Below, piece by piece: positions 24,510-37,969 of a stretch of DNA of 64,000 bases (within the stretch, counting starts at the first letter, position 1; each line of letters opens with the position of its first letter). This DNA is from Mobula hypostoma. Lineage: Eukaryota. The stretch is taken from positions 249,118,001 through 249,182,000 of the forward strand of contig NC_086097.1 of the NCBI RefSeq assembly GCF_963921235.1. The letters run 5' to 3'. The notes beneath the pieces were generated by a model. That model was not told the DNA's origin and ran no database searches. It worked only from the letters and a program-made list of their open reading frames with translations. The position numbers were made by a program, and so were the translations under genes.

Positions 24510-27430
24510 CAATCTCTGTCTAAAGAAATTCCTCCTCATCTCCATTTTAGAAGTATGCCTCTCTATTCTGAGGCTGTGTCCTCTAGCCTTAGACTCTACC
24601 AGCATAGGAAACACCTTCTCCACATCCACTTTAGCAGGGCCTTTCACCATTTGATAGGTTCAATTAGGTCACCCCTCATTCTTCTAAATTTCATTGAATA
24701 TAGGCCCAGAGCTATCAGATGCTTTTCAATGTCATATGAATCATTTTCATAAAACTCCTTTGAACCCTCTCCAGTTTCAGCACATCATTTCTAAGGTAAG
24801 GGGCCCAAACCTGCTCACAATACTCCAAGTGAGGCCTCACCAGTACTTTATAAAGTTTCAACGTTACATCTTTGCTTTCATATTCTATAATAATTCCATA
24901 TTAAGGAGAACATGAAGGGAAACTTCTTCACTCAGAGGGTGGTGAGAGTATGCGACGAGCTGCCAGTGTGAGCAGTGAATGCAGGTTTAATTTCAGTGTT
25001 TACACAAAGTTTGAATAGGTAGACGGATAGGCAGGGTATGGTCCAGGTGTGGGCTGATGGGACTAGGCAGCTGAAACGGTTCGGCACAGAGCAGGTGGCC
25101 CAAGCTCCCGTTTCTTTGCTATCGGAGGCAACACGTGGCCATTTAGTACGTTGTTCCTCTCCACACCTTGTGGTGCACCGGGCAGCAACCTTACCGTTTC
25201 TTTAGCATTTGTCTGTTTTTCACAAGGTCACCTTGCCGGCTCAAGGCTCAACCCAGCACAGACAGCGAGCCAGCCGGATTCGAACCCAGGGCCACTCGCC
25301 TCGAAGCCCACGGCAGGTGACACTACATCACTGGCCAGCTGGCCATTTCGTATAACAAAATGGTGGAGGAACTCAGCAGCATCTGTGAACAAACATTCGA
25401 CGCTTTGGGCTGAGACACTTCATCAGGACCGGGAAGGAAGGGGGAAGAAGGTGGGCGGGTGGAAAGGGACGGAGCACAAGCTAGAAAGTGACAGGTGAAG
25501 CCAAGTAGGTGGGAGAGGGGGGAGGAAGAAAGAAGCTGCGAGGTGATAGGTGGAAAAGGTAAAGGGCTGAAGAAGAAGGAACCTGATAGGAGAGGAGAGT
25601 TAACTGTGGGAGAAAGGGGAGGAGCAGGGGCACCAGAGGATACCCTGTGACCACATGGGCTTTCTCTGGGTGCTCTGGTTTCATCCAACATTCCAACCAC
25701 ATCCCAGTTAGGTTAACTGGTCATGGTAAATTGTCCGATTTGGCTGGCGGTTTGCCGGGCAGTGCCGCTCTTTGGCCTGGAAGGGTCTGTTCTGCACAGA
25801 AAAGAGTCATAGAAAACAGCAGCAAAGAAACAGTCCCTTCAACCCATCTAATTCGTACCGAACCATTAATCTGCTTAGACGCATCGACCTGCACTGGGAC
25901 CATAGCCCTCCCATCATGTACCTATCCAAACTTCTCTTAAACATTGAAATCGAACCCACACCCACCACTTGCAGTGGCAGCTCGCTCGACACTCTCAACA
26001 CCCTCTGAGTGAAGAGTTTCCTCTCATGTTCCCCTTAAAATGGTCACCTTTCACCCTTCTGGTTGTAGTCCTACCCAACCTCAATGGGAAAAACCTGCTT
26101 GCATTCACCTTATCTACACCCCTCATAATTATATATGTCTCTATCAAATCGCCCCTCAACCTCCAACACTCCAGTGAATGAAGACCTACTCTATTCATCC
26201 TTTCCCTCGAGCTCAGGCCCTCCAGTTCCGACAACATTCTGGTAAATTTTCCCTGCACTCTTTCAATCTTACTCACATCTTTTCTCTAGGTACCGAGTCA
26301 TAGAGTCATAGAAGCGTACAGCACAGAAACAGACCCTTTGACCCATCTAGTCCATGCCAAACCATTCAAACTGCCTACTCTCATTGATCTGTACCAGGAC
26401 CACAGCCCTCGGTACCCCTACCATCCATGGGCCTACCGAAACTTCTCTTAAGCATTGAAATTGGGGTCACATGCACCATTTCTGCTGGCAGCTTTCCTCC
26501 AGGTAGCTCTAAAGTTAAAATAATCAAACAAATTTTGTAGTTTTCTATAGCAGATATCACAGCAGCTGAATCCGGCTCTTTCACAGGTTCATTGTTCTCA
26601 CTGGGACTTTTGTTCTCTTTAGTCTGTGTCTGAGATGCCCACGATTGTTTCTTCCTTTTTCTTTTCCTTGTTCTCTCAAATTTCAAAGTGAACTCAATCA
26701 TATTGTGATCACTGTTCCCTAAGGGTTCCTTAACCTTAAGCTCTCTTATCACCTCCGGATCATTGCACGACACCCAATCCAGTACAGCCGATCCCCTAGT
26801 GGGCTCAACAACAAGCTGTTCTAAAAAGGCCATCTCGCAGACATTCTACAAATTCTCTCTCTTGAGGTCCAATACTGGCCTGGTTTTCCCAATCCACTTT
26901 CACGTGAAAATCCCCAACGATTACCATGACATTGCCCTTCTGACACACCTTTTCCACCTCCTGTTGTAATTTGTAATCCACATTCCAGCTGCTGTATGGA
27001 AGCCTGTATACAACTGCCATTAGGGTCTTTTTACCCTTGCCATTTCTTAACTCAACCCATAGAGACTCTACACCTTCCGATCCTACTTCATCCCTTTCTA
27101 ATGATTTAATATCATTTCTCATACACAGGGCCACACCACCCCCTCCACCTCCTAACTTATCTTTCCGATGCACCGTATATCCTTGGATGCTCAGCTCCCA
27201 AAGGCAGCCATCCTTTAGCCAAGTTTCAGAACAGGTTAGGACTCTATCCCCTGGAGCGCAGGAGAACGAGGGGACATTTGATAGAGTTGTACAAAATCCC
27301 ACTGAAGTTGGGTGAGACTAGAAATGGAAGCGGTAGGTTACGCGTGAGAAGTAAAAATGGTGAGAGTGTGGAACGAGCTGCCAGCAGGAGTGGTGATTAC
27401 AGGTTTAATTTCAACAAGTAGAGAAGTTTG
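24510..27430. mobile_element. Cluster of CR1 fragments, a SINE (25145-25340, -), a Penelope pLTR (25355-25640, -) and a CR1 APE piece (26672-27229, -)
   Basis: Motifs RRNFF, RLRGDLIETY, SETWL..VVYRLP..GDF and SDHNMIEF. Confidence 0.8.
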
Positions 27431-30400
27431 GATAGGAGGGGTATGGGCAAACTTTAACAAACATCCAAGGCGCAGAGAAAGAGAAAAACACAAGTCGTGC
27501 AAACAATGAAAACAAACAACAGCATTCAGAATGAAAGTGAGTCTGTAGACACAAAGCCCGGAGCTGCCAGACCAGGCCTCAGTAGACCACCTAGTGGAGC
27601 AAAACGTCATGGAGCTCGCAAGACGAAGCCTGGAGCTGCCAGAGCAGGCCTCAGCCTCGGCCTTCGTGCAGCAAAGAGCAGAGTAAGTGTCGCAGTGCAG
27701 CAAACTGAGCAGGCCCGACCCTCGCCTCCAGTCCCAACACCCTGCCTTTTCAATCCACCTGACCCAGCGTTTCACTGCTCCAAATGTTGGATTGGTCCTC
27801 GCTACACCGCATTGATGGTAGGTGGTGTCCACGGCACATCTGTAGAAATTTGCTGGTCTCTTTGGTGACCTCAATCTCCTCATGAAACATAGCCACTCTC
27901 GTCCACCCATCCACTCACACACACAGATTGGCAGTGGGAAACTTTGACTGCAGCAATGAGAAATTGAACGTCTCCTCTGCTCCTTCTGAGTATCGGGTTT
28001 TTTTTCTCATCTTTATTGCTATTTTAGATCTGGGTCAGCAGGATCAGAGATCTATGTGAGTCGAGGCCTGAAGGTCAAACCCATGACTGTTGAATCCTGG
28101 GGTTTAGGCCATGGCAAATTTAAAATACAGAAGGATCAAGGACAATTATCTTTGTTCCTGCAATGTGCTTGGGGATGGAGGCTGCCATTTTCAGGAACTG
28201 CTTCACATCCTCCATTTTTGCCAGACGAAGTTGCTTGACTTTCAGTGTTTTAAAGTAGACTTAATGATGCTTCAGGTAACCTGCTGGACTAGAGATCATT
28301 TCCAAATAAGAAGTTATTGTGAGGTGTTCTTTGATATAATATAACATACAGATTTGTCAGTGGTGGTGTCTGTGTCTGCCTGGAGTGAGTCGAGCTGGTT
28401 ACTGAAGGAAACAAAGAGCCATAAGATACCAGTTGTCACTTCTGGATCAAAGCTAATAAAAAGGTGTTAAAGGTCAATCAGGTGATATATAGCCAATGAC
28501 ACTGAAAGGCAATATTTGAATTGATAAGGAATGAAAATAAAAGTGGACACTTCGATTGCACTATCAGTGATAACTCTTTCCAGAGACCCACCATTGCAAG
28601 GAAGAGCCCCCACTCCAGGGCTGGGAAAAGAAAGGATCAATTGTCTGGCCAACGGAGATCCTGTATTCACTGTTATAAATTGGAAAAATGGTCTGAGTGA
28701 GCATTGGTACAAAGGAAAGTGGAATTCATGTTTTAAGTTCTTGGCCTGGGATCAACATAGTTATGTTGTTGTTTGTGCAGAGATAATAAGATACAAGCTT
28801 TGAATAATTAAGAGTTGTGTGGTAAGTTTCCTAACCTAGCTCCAACAATGAAAGCTCAGCAGGGGTTTAGGCCCGAAGGTCAAACCCAAGATTGTTGAGT
28901 CGCTGGGTTTCAGCCCAAAAGTCATATTCACTGTCGGCAAGTTCTGGGGTAAAATTGGAGGCACAATATCTGTGAGTCTGACAATCCGAGAGCAGGGAGT
29001 GGCAGCCTGGATTCAGCCTGTTCTGACATTGGAGACCTGTCTGTGTGTGTGAGTGGGTGGGTGGGTGGGAAAGGGGCTTGTCTTGCTGCTCACACAAAAT
29101 GCTAGAGGAACTCAGCAGGCCAGGCAGCATCTATAGAAAAAGAGTACCATTGGCATTTCGGCCCGAAACATCAACTGTTTACTCTTTTCCGTAATGCTGC
29201 CTGATCTGCAGAGTTCCTTCAGCATTTTGTGTGTGTTGCTTGGATTTCCAGCGTCTGCAGATTTTCTCTTGTTCGTCTTGTGTTGTTGTTGTTGTTGCTT
29301 GTGTTGTTTGGACCATGGTGGGCACCGGAATGTGTACCAACACTTGCAGGCTGCCCCCAGTAAACCCTTGGGTGTGTTGGTTGTCAACACAAATGACTTA
29401 TTTCACTGTACACACGACAGATAAATCTGAAATACAAATTTCTTTCTGGAACATCCTGCTTGGATCCTAGACTGAGGAACTGAAAAACAGTCTATAATAA
29501 TTCTATTCATCTCAAAGCACACTTAAGCCTTTGAAAACAGATAATTGGTTCAGTACTCAAGTTTAACCCTCCAAGAGGACCACAAAATTGTCATTGGGTT
29601 TAGAGACTTGCTTGCCTCAATGACCCGGAGAGCTATGTTGACTGAAGTCAGTGCTTTGTGCTTTGGCTCTTGGTAGGTCAAAGGGCAGAGGGCAGACTAA
29701 GAGTGGTCCACCAGTCCTCCAGGTTTGGGGTTCAGCTCAGGGCTAACAACCCTGACTAGTAAAACAAAACTGTTACGGAAACAGCAATGATGTATCCTTC
29801 TACGTCTGAGTGCGATGGTATTCCTGAGTCTCCACACATGACTTGTATGACTGACAGTAGTGAAAACTGAGAGGAAGCTACTGACATGATGAAGGAAGCC
29901 CTGATATAGGACCGATTGAAAATGATGCTGGGGAAATTATAATGGGTAACAAAGAGATGGCAGAAGAACTGAATGAGTATTTTGCATCAGTCTTCACAGT
30001 GGAAGACATCAGCAACATACCTGATAGCCTGAGGTCTCAGGGAATAGAATTAGGTACAGTCAAGATTAAGTAGATTAAGTCAAGAGAAAGTACTTGGGAA
30101 GCTAAACGACTAAGAATAGATAAGTCTCCTGGACCAGATGAGGTGCACCCACGGGTTCTGAGGGAGGTGGCTTTGGAGATGGTGGAGGCATTGGAAATGA
30201 TCTTCCAGGAATCAATAGACTCTGGCATGGTTCTGGAGGACTGGAAGGTCACAAATGTAGTTCCACTGTTTAAGAAAGGACAGAGGCAGCAAAAAGAAAA
30301 TTACAGACCTATTAGTCTGACATCAGTAGTTAGAAAGTTATTGGAGTTCCCCAGGAGTTTTGTTAGGGGGAGAGCAATGTCAGCAAAGTTCTTACAAAAC

Positions 30401-33400
30401 TTACGATAATACGCAACCATTCCTAAAAACCTTCTCAAAGCTTTCTTGCCAGTCAGAACAGGAACCTCAGCAATAGCTAGAACCTTGGCCTGTACAGGAG
30501 CCAGTTGGCCCTGGCCTACCACATAGCCAAGATATATAACTGTGACATGGCCAAACTCACTTTTAGCGAGGTTCACAGTAAGATTGGCCTTGGAAAGTCT
30601 GCCAGACAGTTTTTCTACCCCTGCAATATGCTCTTCCCACATGTCATTTCAGACCACAAATTCATCGATATAAGCCCCTGTGTTTTCTAAACCTCTAATC
30701 ACAGAACTGGTCATTCTTTGAAATGTCCCTGGAGCATTTTTCATCCTAAAGGGTAAAACATTGTATTCGTACAATCTAGATGGTGTCTCAAATGCTGACA
30801 TCTCTTTAGCCCTCTCTGTCAAAGGAACACCCCAGTATCCTTTTAACAAGTCAATCGTCATCAGGTATTTAGCCTTCCCCACTCATCAATACAGTCATCC
30901 ACTCTCTTTCCTTGTTCTTGTTTCTAATTTCTTGTTCAACCATTTTACTTTCCTCAAAGTTCAGTCTGCACCGATGTTGTTTCATGGGCTGGGCTGAATT
31001 TATAATGACGTGATGCATTGCACCTGTGCACCGCTTCAGAATATCAGAAAATAAATCTTCATGCTTACCAACTAGTTCTTTCACCTGTTTTTGTGGTGTA
31101 GGGTCCAACTGATGGACCTTATCAGTAATATTTTTCAAAACAATGGAATTCTGACATCTTGTGGATACTAGATTCAGTGAGTAAACATGTTTTTTCATCC
31201 CATTATCAGATTCCACAACTCCATTTTGTTCCATATCAATTCTCCCAGGTGCAATTCTTGCAAACAAGTGTTTTATTTTAATTCAAACATTCTGTAACCT
31301 TTCCTTTGCAAATCTTATTAAATCCTTTCCAGAATTTTAAAACATAATTAAGCACACTGACACATGTTTCCAAATCAGACCGTAGTTCTCTGAGTAGGGT
31401 CAAAGGTCCTTTTGGCCTGTAACTGAACACAGGTTCCATTAGACTACACTCCAATGCCTTCTGAATCGAATCTCCAACAATAAATAAGAGGAGGGGAACC
31501 CCCTCATCCCAATTTTTCCAATTTTCCACACAATATGTTTTAATCATGGTCTTAAGAGTGGAGTTGAACCGTTCCAAGGCTCCCTTGGACTCTGTGTGAT
31601 ATGCAGATGACACCATGTGCTTAGTTTCCAATTCTCTAACTATCCCCTGGAATGTTCTCGAAGTAAAGTTTCCTGGTCAAATTGAATTTCTTTGGGCAAA
31701 TCTACCAGTATGAAGTACTTACTGAATGCTTTTACCACAGTCTTAGCCTTGGCATTTTCAAAAGATATGGCTTCAGGGGACCTAGACACAGCACACATAA
31801 TTGTTAACACATACTGATAACCAGCTGCAGTCTTTGGCAATGGGCCTACACAATCCACTATGAGCCTAGAAAATGGTTCACCAAAAGCAGGTATCGGTTT
31901 AAGCAGTGTTACCTGAATAACCTGATTAGATTTCCCCTCAACTTGACAGGTATGGAAAGTCCTGTAAAAATTCACAACATCTTTTCTTAAACTAGGCCAG
32001 TAAAATTCCTTTATAATCCTGTTCACTGTCTTTCTCACTCCATGAGGTCCACCTAAAGGCATACTGTAAGCCATGTTTAAAATTTCCCCCCTGTAAACTT
32101 TCGGAACGACCATGTGATGTTCAATAACCCAGTCCTCACTTGCAAGCACAGTGGCTGGTCTCCACTTCCTCATTAATGCCCCATCTTTAAGGTAATATCC
32201 CACTGACTCTCTCTGAACCTCCTCTCCTGTGAGAGCTATCTCCTTTAAAGCCACCATTTCAGAATCTCGCTTCTGTTCCTCTACAAATTCCTTCCTCAAT
32301 AAGGACAAACCCTACTCTCATCAGCTTTACTACTCTCTAAGTCCTGCGGAAATCTGGAAGGTAGAAAAGTCTGTGACACATCATCGTAATTTAAATCTCT
32401 GGTTTTGCTATTATAGGCCTCAACAGGCTTCCTAAACATGCTTCAAGTATCTGCACATGTGAGACAAGCATCAGTCTTTCTGTGTGAATTCTCAGCAGCA
32501 ACTTTGCTCATCAGTTGAACAGCTATATCAACCTTACCTTGGAGAGGTGTCAACGTTCCTCCATTGTTCACTAAACTTAGCACCATCAGCAGACTTATGA
32601 GAACCATGTATACATTGTGGAAGAGACCAAACAATCCATCATCTGATTACAACCTTCACTTCGACTTGTCTCCATAACAACTTTCACCCCAAAACCATAA
32701 CAAACTTCCTCCTTCTTCTCCGCAACATCATAACCTCCAAATGTCCAAACAAAATTCCACAGGGTAGCCCATCCTGTTTCAGCAGGCCTCTGTCCTGCAA
32801 GCAGGGTCAAAGGTTGCGCAGCCAATCCAACCTTTCCCAGCACTTTATCCAAAAGTCCAGGAACAGCACTTTTCCCATTACTTTCATTAACACTTACCTC
32901 ACCAATTTTCACCTCATCACTAACTTTTAGCTCACTGTCTAATACAAGTGACTGAGAATCCCCACATTCCACTGGTACCAAGGTTAACCTCTTATTCACT
33001 GAACCAAGATCATCTGACACAAAGAAACTGCATTCATTTCCAACCAAGTCAGACACCTCAGACTTTAACTGAGTCTCAACACAAGGTTCAGAACCCTGTG
33101 AATTCACAGGTACTTCAACAACCTGAACACAGGCAATTGGGACAGCTGCCTCTTCTGGGCTGTCATCACTTGTCCCAGTTTCAAATTCAAGGTCACCCCG
33201 AACCTCCCAGCTATTCTCTGGGTAACTTTCATCTGGAGTAAACTCAAGCTCGTGGGTTAAAACATCTTCATCTGCTTTCTTAGCAGACCCCGCAGGGTGG
33301 CGGCATCCTCTGTATCCAGGTATGCCCTTACATCATCAGGAGCACAACTTTTAAATTCATCACACAAAACAAGCCCTTCCCAGCTGTAAAAATCATCAGG

Positions 33401-33835
33401 GACCGACACTAAACCTCTCAGCTGCCACATTTCCCTTTTAAACCGTCTCTGTCTTTCTGCTTCTCTAGCCTCATGGATCCTCAGCCTCGAGCTGTTTTAA
33501 TTGCAATTTCAATTTCCACAGAACCTCAGCCTCAGTAAGTACCTTACCTTCAGCAAATAACTCTAACGCCTCCTCATCAAATGTTCCTTATCTATATAAT
33601 GCTGGGCTATTATTGTCCGTATCTGAGCTCTCCTCATCTTAGTGGCCACCTTTAGTCTTAAGTTTTGAGCAATTCCCACCAGCACAACCCTCGTAGCATC
33701 ATCCAACACCTCCGGGGTTGGTTCCAACAGAAACTTCTCAACACTAACATCCATTTCTGCTGTATTTCCACACAAGCAGATCAAAAGGGAGTTTCCCCAA
33801 TCAATTCAAACAGGCCTCCCACACAATTTGTTCAT

Positions 33836-33854
33836 ATCACGGATGCAGGCCCCA
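33836..33854 (-). promoter_or_regulatory. Degenerate tRNA-Pro primer binding site
   Basis: TGGGGCCTGCATCCGTGAT, 4 nt after the LTR, versus canonical TGGGGGCTCGTCCGGGAT. Confidence 0.65.
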
Positions 33855-33858
33855 ATTT

Positions 33859-34772
33859 TGTCACGTACCCCGTAACGGGTTAAAGAACCAGCAGCGATGG
33901 AAAGCACTTTGGAGTCCAGTATTGCTATTAACTAATAATATTTATTAGTAACTACGCAAAACAGTAATATAAATGCAGATAAATTAATTCATAAATCAAT
34001 GAATATATATATAAGTAAGTGTGGAAATATATGAAAACCAAGCTTCTTCAAGTCTAGGGGTAAATAGTCTTACAATAATGAGTAAAGTTCAGTTCAGTTC
34101 ATGGTATTGAGTTGAGTAGTGATGGAGAGAGGGAAAGATTTGAGTCTTCAGATGAGCTGACGCCGTCGATCTTCTCATTGTCCTCCAAAATCCTTTAAAA
34201 GTCACCGACTGTGACCACAACAAAGGAGACCATTTTTCTGTGGTGGAACTATCAACCCAGGCAAGGGTTGGCCACATGGACAACTCCCAACCGGTCAATC
34301 CCTTTTCTCACTGCAAGAGCCACTGATTGATCTGCCTGTTCGATCCTCCAAAAACCCACTTTTTCTGTGGGCACATCAAAGCTCATTCAGTGCCCAAAAA
34401 CATGTGCCTGAGGTCTATCATCTGACCTCCTATTTATCTCACCGTACTGAGTACCAACTGTCTCTCAAAATAACTCCTCCTTCCTTTGTCTGTGTAAGAA
34501 ATGTACAAGCAGGCAAATATCCTTGGAGAAAGTATAAACATACTCCAGAGAAACTATAACATTGATTGTTCATCGAATAACGCCGCCCTCGGTCACCAGA
34601 GTGACTTACGAGCTGTTCGGTGCTCTCTCTCTTCAACTCAGCAGAAATCCAAAAGTTACTCCCAGTTTGTCCTCATGCCTTAAAGTGACAGTCCAAAAGT
34701 TAGTCTTGGTCTCTCTCTCGCTCTCTCTTTTCAAAAGCACAGATCATAGGGGTAATTCAGGACCCCGTCACA
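33859..34772 (-). repeat. 5' LTR of the Gmr1-like element
   Basis: Minus strand TGTGACG...CGTGACA; CR1 sequence resumes at 34773. Confidence 0.82.
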
Positions 34773-36579
34773 ATAGGCCCAAGCCAGCATGGTTTCATGA
34801 AGGGAAGATCCTGCCTCACCAACCTATTGGAATTTTTTGAGGTAATCTCAAATAAGATTGACAAGGGAGAGGCTGTGGATGTTGTGTATTTGTATTTTCA
34901 AAAGGCCTTCGATAAGGTGCCGCATAAGAGGCTGCTTAATAAGATGAGAATTACAGGAAAGATAATGGAATGGGTGGAGCATTGGCTGATAGGCAGAAAG
35001 CAAAGGGTGGGAATAAAGGGACCCTATTCTGATTGGTTGCCGGTTACCGCAGGGGTCAGTGTTGGAGCTGCCTCTTTTTACAATGTATATCGATGATTTA
35101 GATTATGGATTAAATGGTCTTGTGGCTAAATTCGCGGATGACACCAAAATAGGTGGACGAGCAGGAAGTGTTGAAGAAATGGAAAGGTTGCAGAGAGACT
35201 TGGTCAGTTTAGGAGAGAGGGGAAAGAAATGGCAGATGAGATACAATGTTGAGAAATGTACGGTTGTACATTTTGGAAGAAAAAATAATCGGGCAGATTA
35301 TTATTTAGATGGGGAGTTTCCCTTGGTTGGTGAGTCCAGGACAAGAGGCCACAGTCTTAAAATTAGAGGGTACCCATTTAAAACAGAGATAAGGAGAAAC
35401 TTTTTTAGCCAGAGGGTCATGGATTTATGGAATTCATTGCCACATACAGCTGTGGAGGCTCGATCATTGAGGGTGTTTAAGGAGGAGATTGATAGGTATC
35501 TAATTAGTCAGGGTATCAAGGGATATGAGGAAAAAGCTGGAAATTGGAACTAGATGGGAGAATAGTTTAGCTCATGATGGAGTAGCGGAGCAGACTCGAT
35601 GGGCTGAAAGGCCTACTTCTGCTCCTTTGTCTTGTGATCACCACCAGAGATGGAAGACCTTCATTGCTACCCTAAATGCCAGAGGCGTTATGGGGAGTAA
35701 GTAAATACTAGTTTAAAACATTGTTTTACTATCGATGAATATGCAATTGTTACATAAATAGTGTGGATTTAATTTTTTAAATGTATTTTAATAAAAATGT
35801 AATGAAATTAAAATAATCCATTATAACAATATCTGGATAAACATGCTGTCTAGAATTTTATTGAGCCTAATTCAATTAAACTTTCTTGGAAATCCAAATT
35901 GATTCTTCATTCTTTCAAGAATTTCAAACTTGTCAGCATCTTTTATATCCCACAAGAAAATTACTGGGCAGAACAAATGTTGCATATCTGAAAATTTTTT
36001 TTAATGGTTTATCACTTAAACCAAGCATGTTCTGTCACTAAAGTCTGCACCCAATGAAACCTCTATTAGAAACTACTGTTTTATAAGATTTATACTTTTT
36101 ATAAGATTTGTACTTTTTAATAAACTCATGTATTTTTCACACTCACTGGCAGAAAGCAGTATAGCAGTTAAACTATCAACTTATCACCTCTCTCATTTTT
36201 ATTGGCTAAGTATTAGCACATTACCCACACGATGTAATTCTTTTAATTATGTAGCCTATTAACTAATTCATCACCATCTAAGAAATTATTTTATCTATAA
36301 AAGTGATAGATTTTTCTGAGTCACCTTCTTGGCATCTTAATTCTTTTGTCTTCATATCCATACACATCTTAGCATCAATTCTAAGCTCTTTATTTAGTTT
36401 GCTAAGTGTTTTATGTTGGTTTGTACTCTAAAGTAAACAGAAATTTTGGAATTAAGGCTGCTCACCATTCCCGACTCCCGGAAGAACCCTAAGGATCAGA
36501 AATTAAACAAAGATCCACCACCTCCATAACCTTGCATCAACCTGGGTCATTTAGAATGCAGCATCTTTGATCTGTCTGT

Positions 36580-37585
36580 CACAAGAGGCAAGTTCTCCTG
36601 GTGGCCACCCATTTCGACTCTACTTCCCATTCCCATTCCAACATGCCAGTCCACGGCCTCTACTGTCATGATGAGGTCATACTCGGTTAGAGGAGCAGCA
36701 CCTTGGATAGATAGATAGATAGACATACTTTATTGATCCCGAGGGAAATTAGGTTTCGTTACAGTTGCACCAACCAAGAACAGAGTACAAACATAGCAAT
36801 ACAAAACCACAAACAATCAAATAATAATATGTAAACCATGCCAGACGGAAATAAGTCCAGGACCAGCCCACTGGCCCAGGGTATCCAACCCTCCAAGGGA
36901 GGAGATGCAAAGTTTGATGGCCATAGGCAGGAATGACTTCCCATGACGCTCAGAGCTGCATCCCGGTGGAATGAGTCTCTGGCTGAATGTACTCCTGTGC
37001 CCAATGGCGTAAATGATGTTACACACCGACGTCGGGTTGACAGAGGGAGGGATGTGCACAACAACCACAATTGCATGTGAGATTTCCCTTGGCAAATAAT
37101 ATGGCCGGAGTCCAATAGCAAAAAGTATTCCACCTGGGTAGCCTCCAACCTGATGGCATGCATATACAAACGTTAGATTTCTCCAACTTCCGGTTATTTC
37201 TCCCCTTCGCCTTCTCCCTTTTATTTCTACTCCCCATTCTGGTTCCCTTCTCAGCCCTTCTTCTCATCTGCCTATCACCTGCCACCTGTTTGCCTCCACC
37301 TTCCCTTTCTCCCATGATCCACTCTCCTCTTCTTCTTCAGCCCTTTACCTCTTCCATCTATCATCTCCCATCTGCCCCTCCAGCACCCAACTCCCCACCT
37401 TCCCAGCTTGGTCTCTCACCTATCACCTGGCAGCTTCTACTCCCTCCCCTCCCTGGTTTCTGCACACTTCCTTTCCAGTCCTGAATAACAGTCTCGGCCT
37501 GAAACGTCAACTGTTCATTCCCCTCCATAGATGCTGCTTGACCTGCTGAGTTTCTCTGCAACAACACATTTTGTGTGTGTTGATC
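36580..37585 (+). mobile_element. Penelope 3' fragment interrupted by a (GATA)n-tailed LINE piece (~36706-37125)
   Basis: GIY-YIG C-terminal DNA on both sides of the insert; pLTR with degenerate hammerhead at ~37477-37512. Other Penelope pieces at ~40095-40650 (+) and ~45785-46322 (-). Confidence 0.78.
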
Positions 37586-37969
37586 TAAAATGCAGTGTGC
37601 TTTTTTAAAGTGCTTTTGCAGTTAAAAAGAAATTAGACAATCATTCGTTTTTGTTACAATTAACTCCAGGAAGAAGTGAAGGTCAAAAATTGATGTGCCC
37701 ATAAGCCTATTAGAGCTGGCTTATGAATCTAATGAAAGTTGAAGGGTTCAAAAGTACAAAGTTTAAAGTAAATTTATTATCAAAGTACATGTATGTCAAT
37801 ATATACAACCCTGAGATTCATTTTCTTGCAAGCATTCAAAGTAAATCCAAGAAACAATGATATCAATGAAGATATTGTTTCAAGATATTTTACTGCTGTA
37901 ATTGCATCAAATTATTGCACAATTCACAACTTCCGTGGAATGAGAATCAGGTTTATTATCACTGAAATA

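Larger units (their letters stand above)
30349..34772 (-). mobile_element. Gmr1-like Gypsy LTR retrotransposon relic (5' LTR, PBS, gag, IN, RT; 3' end lost)
   Basis: gag N-terminus 33563-33784. Integrase 31278-32308 (FYWPSLRKDV..CQV, LIVDCVGPLP, SAYHTESKGALERF). RT 30301-30882 (IDLLKGYW, PFRMKNAPGTFQR, AYIDE, YLGYVVG, RRFLGMVAYYRKF). Confidence 0.92.
29905..35639 (+). mobile_element. CR1 LINE (29905-30348 + 34773-35639) interrupted by an LTR element
   Basis: HPRVLREVA..ENYRPISLTSVV, then QHGFMKGRSCLTNLLEFF and KFADDTK after the insert. Confidence 0.9.
29575..35705 (+). mobile_element. RTE-derived non-autonomous element (29575-29903 + 35640-35705) split by CR1 and Gypsy insertions
   Basis: Uninterrupted sister copy at ~55118-55518 reads ggaagccctga-ccaccaccagaga..gtaagtaa across the junction. 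Confidence 0.7.
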
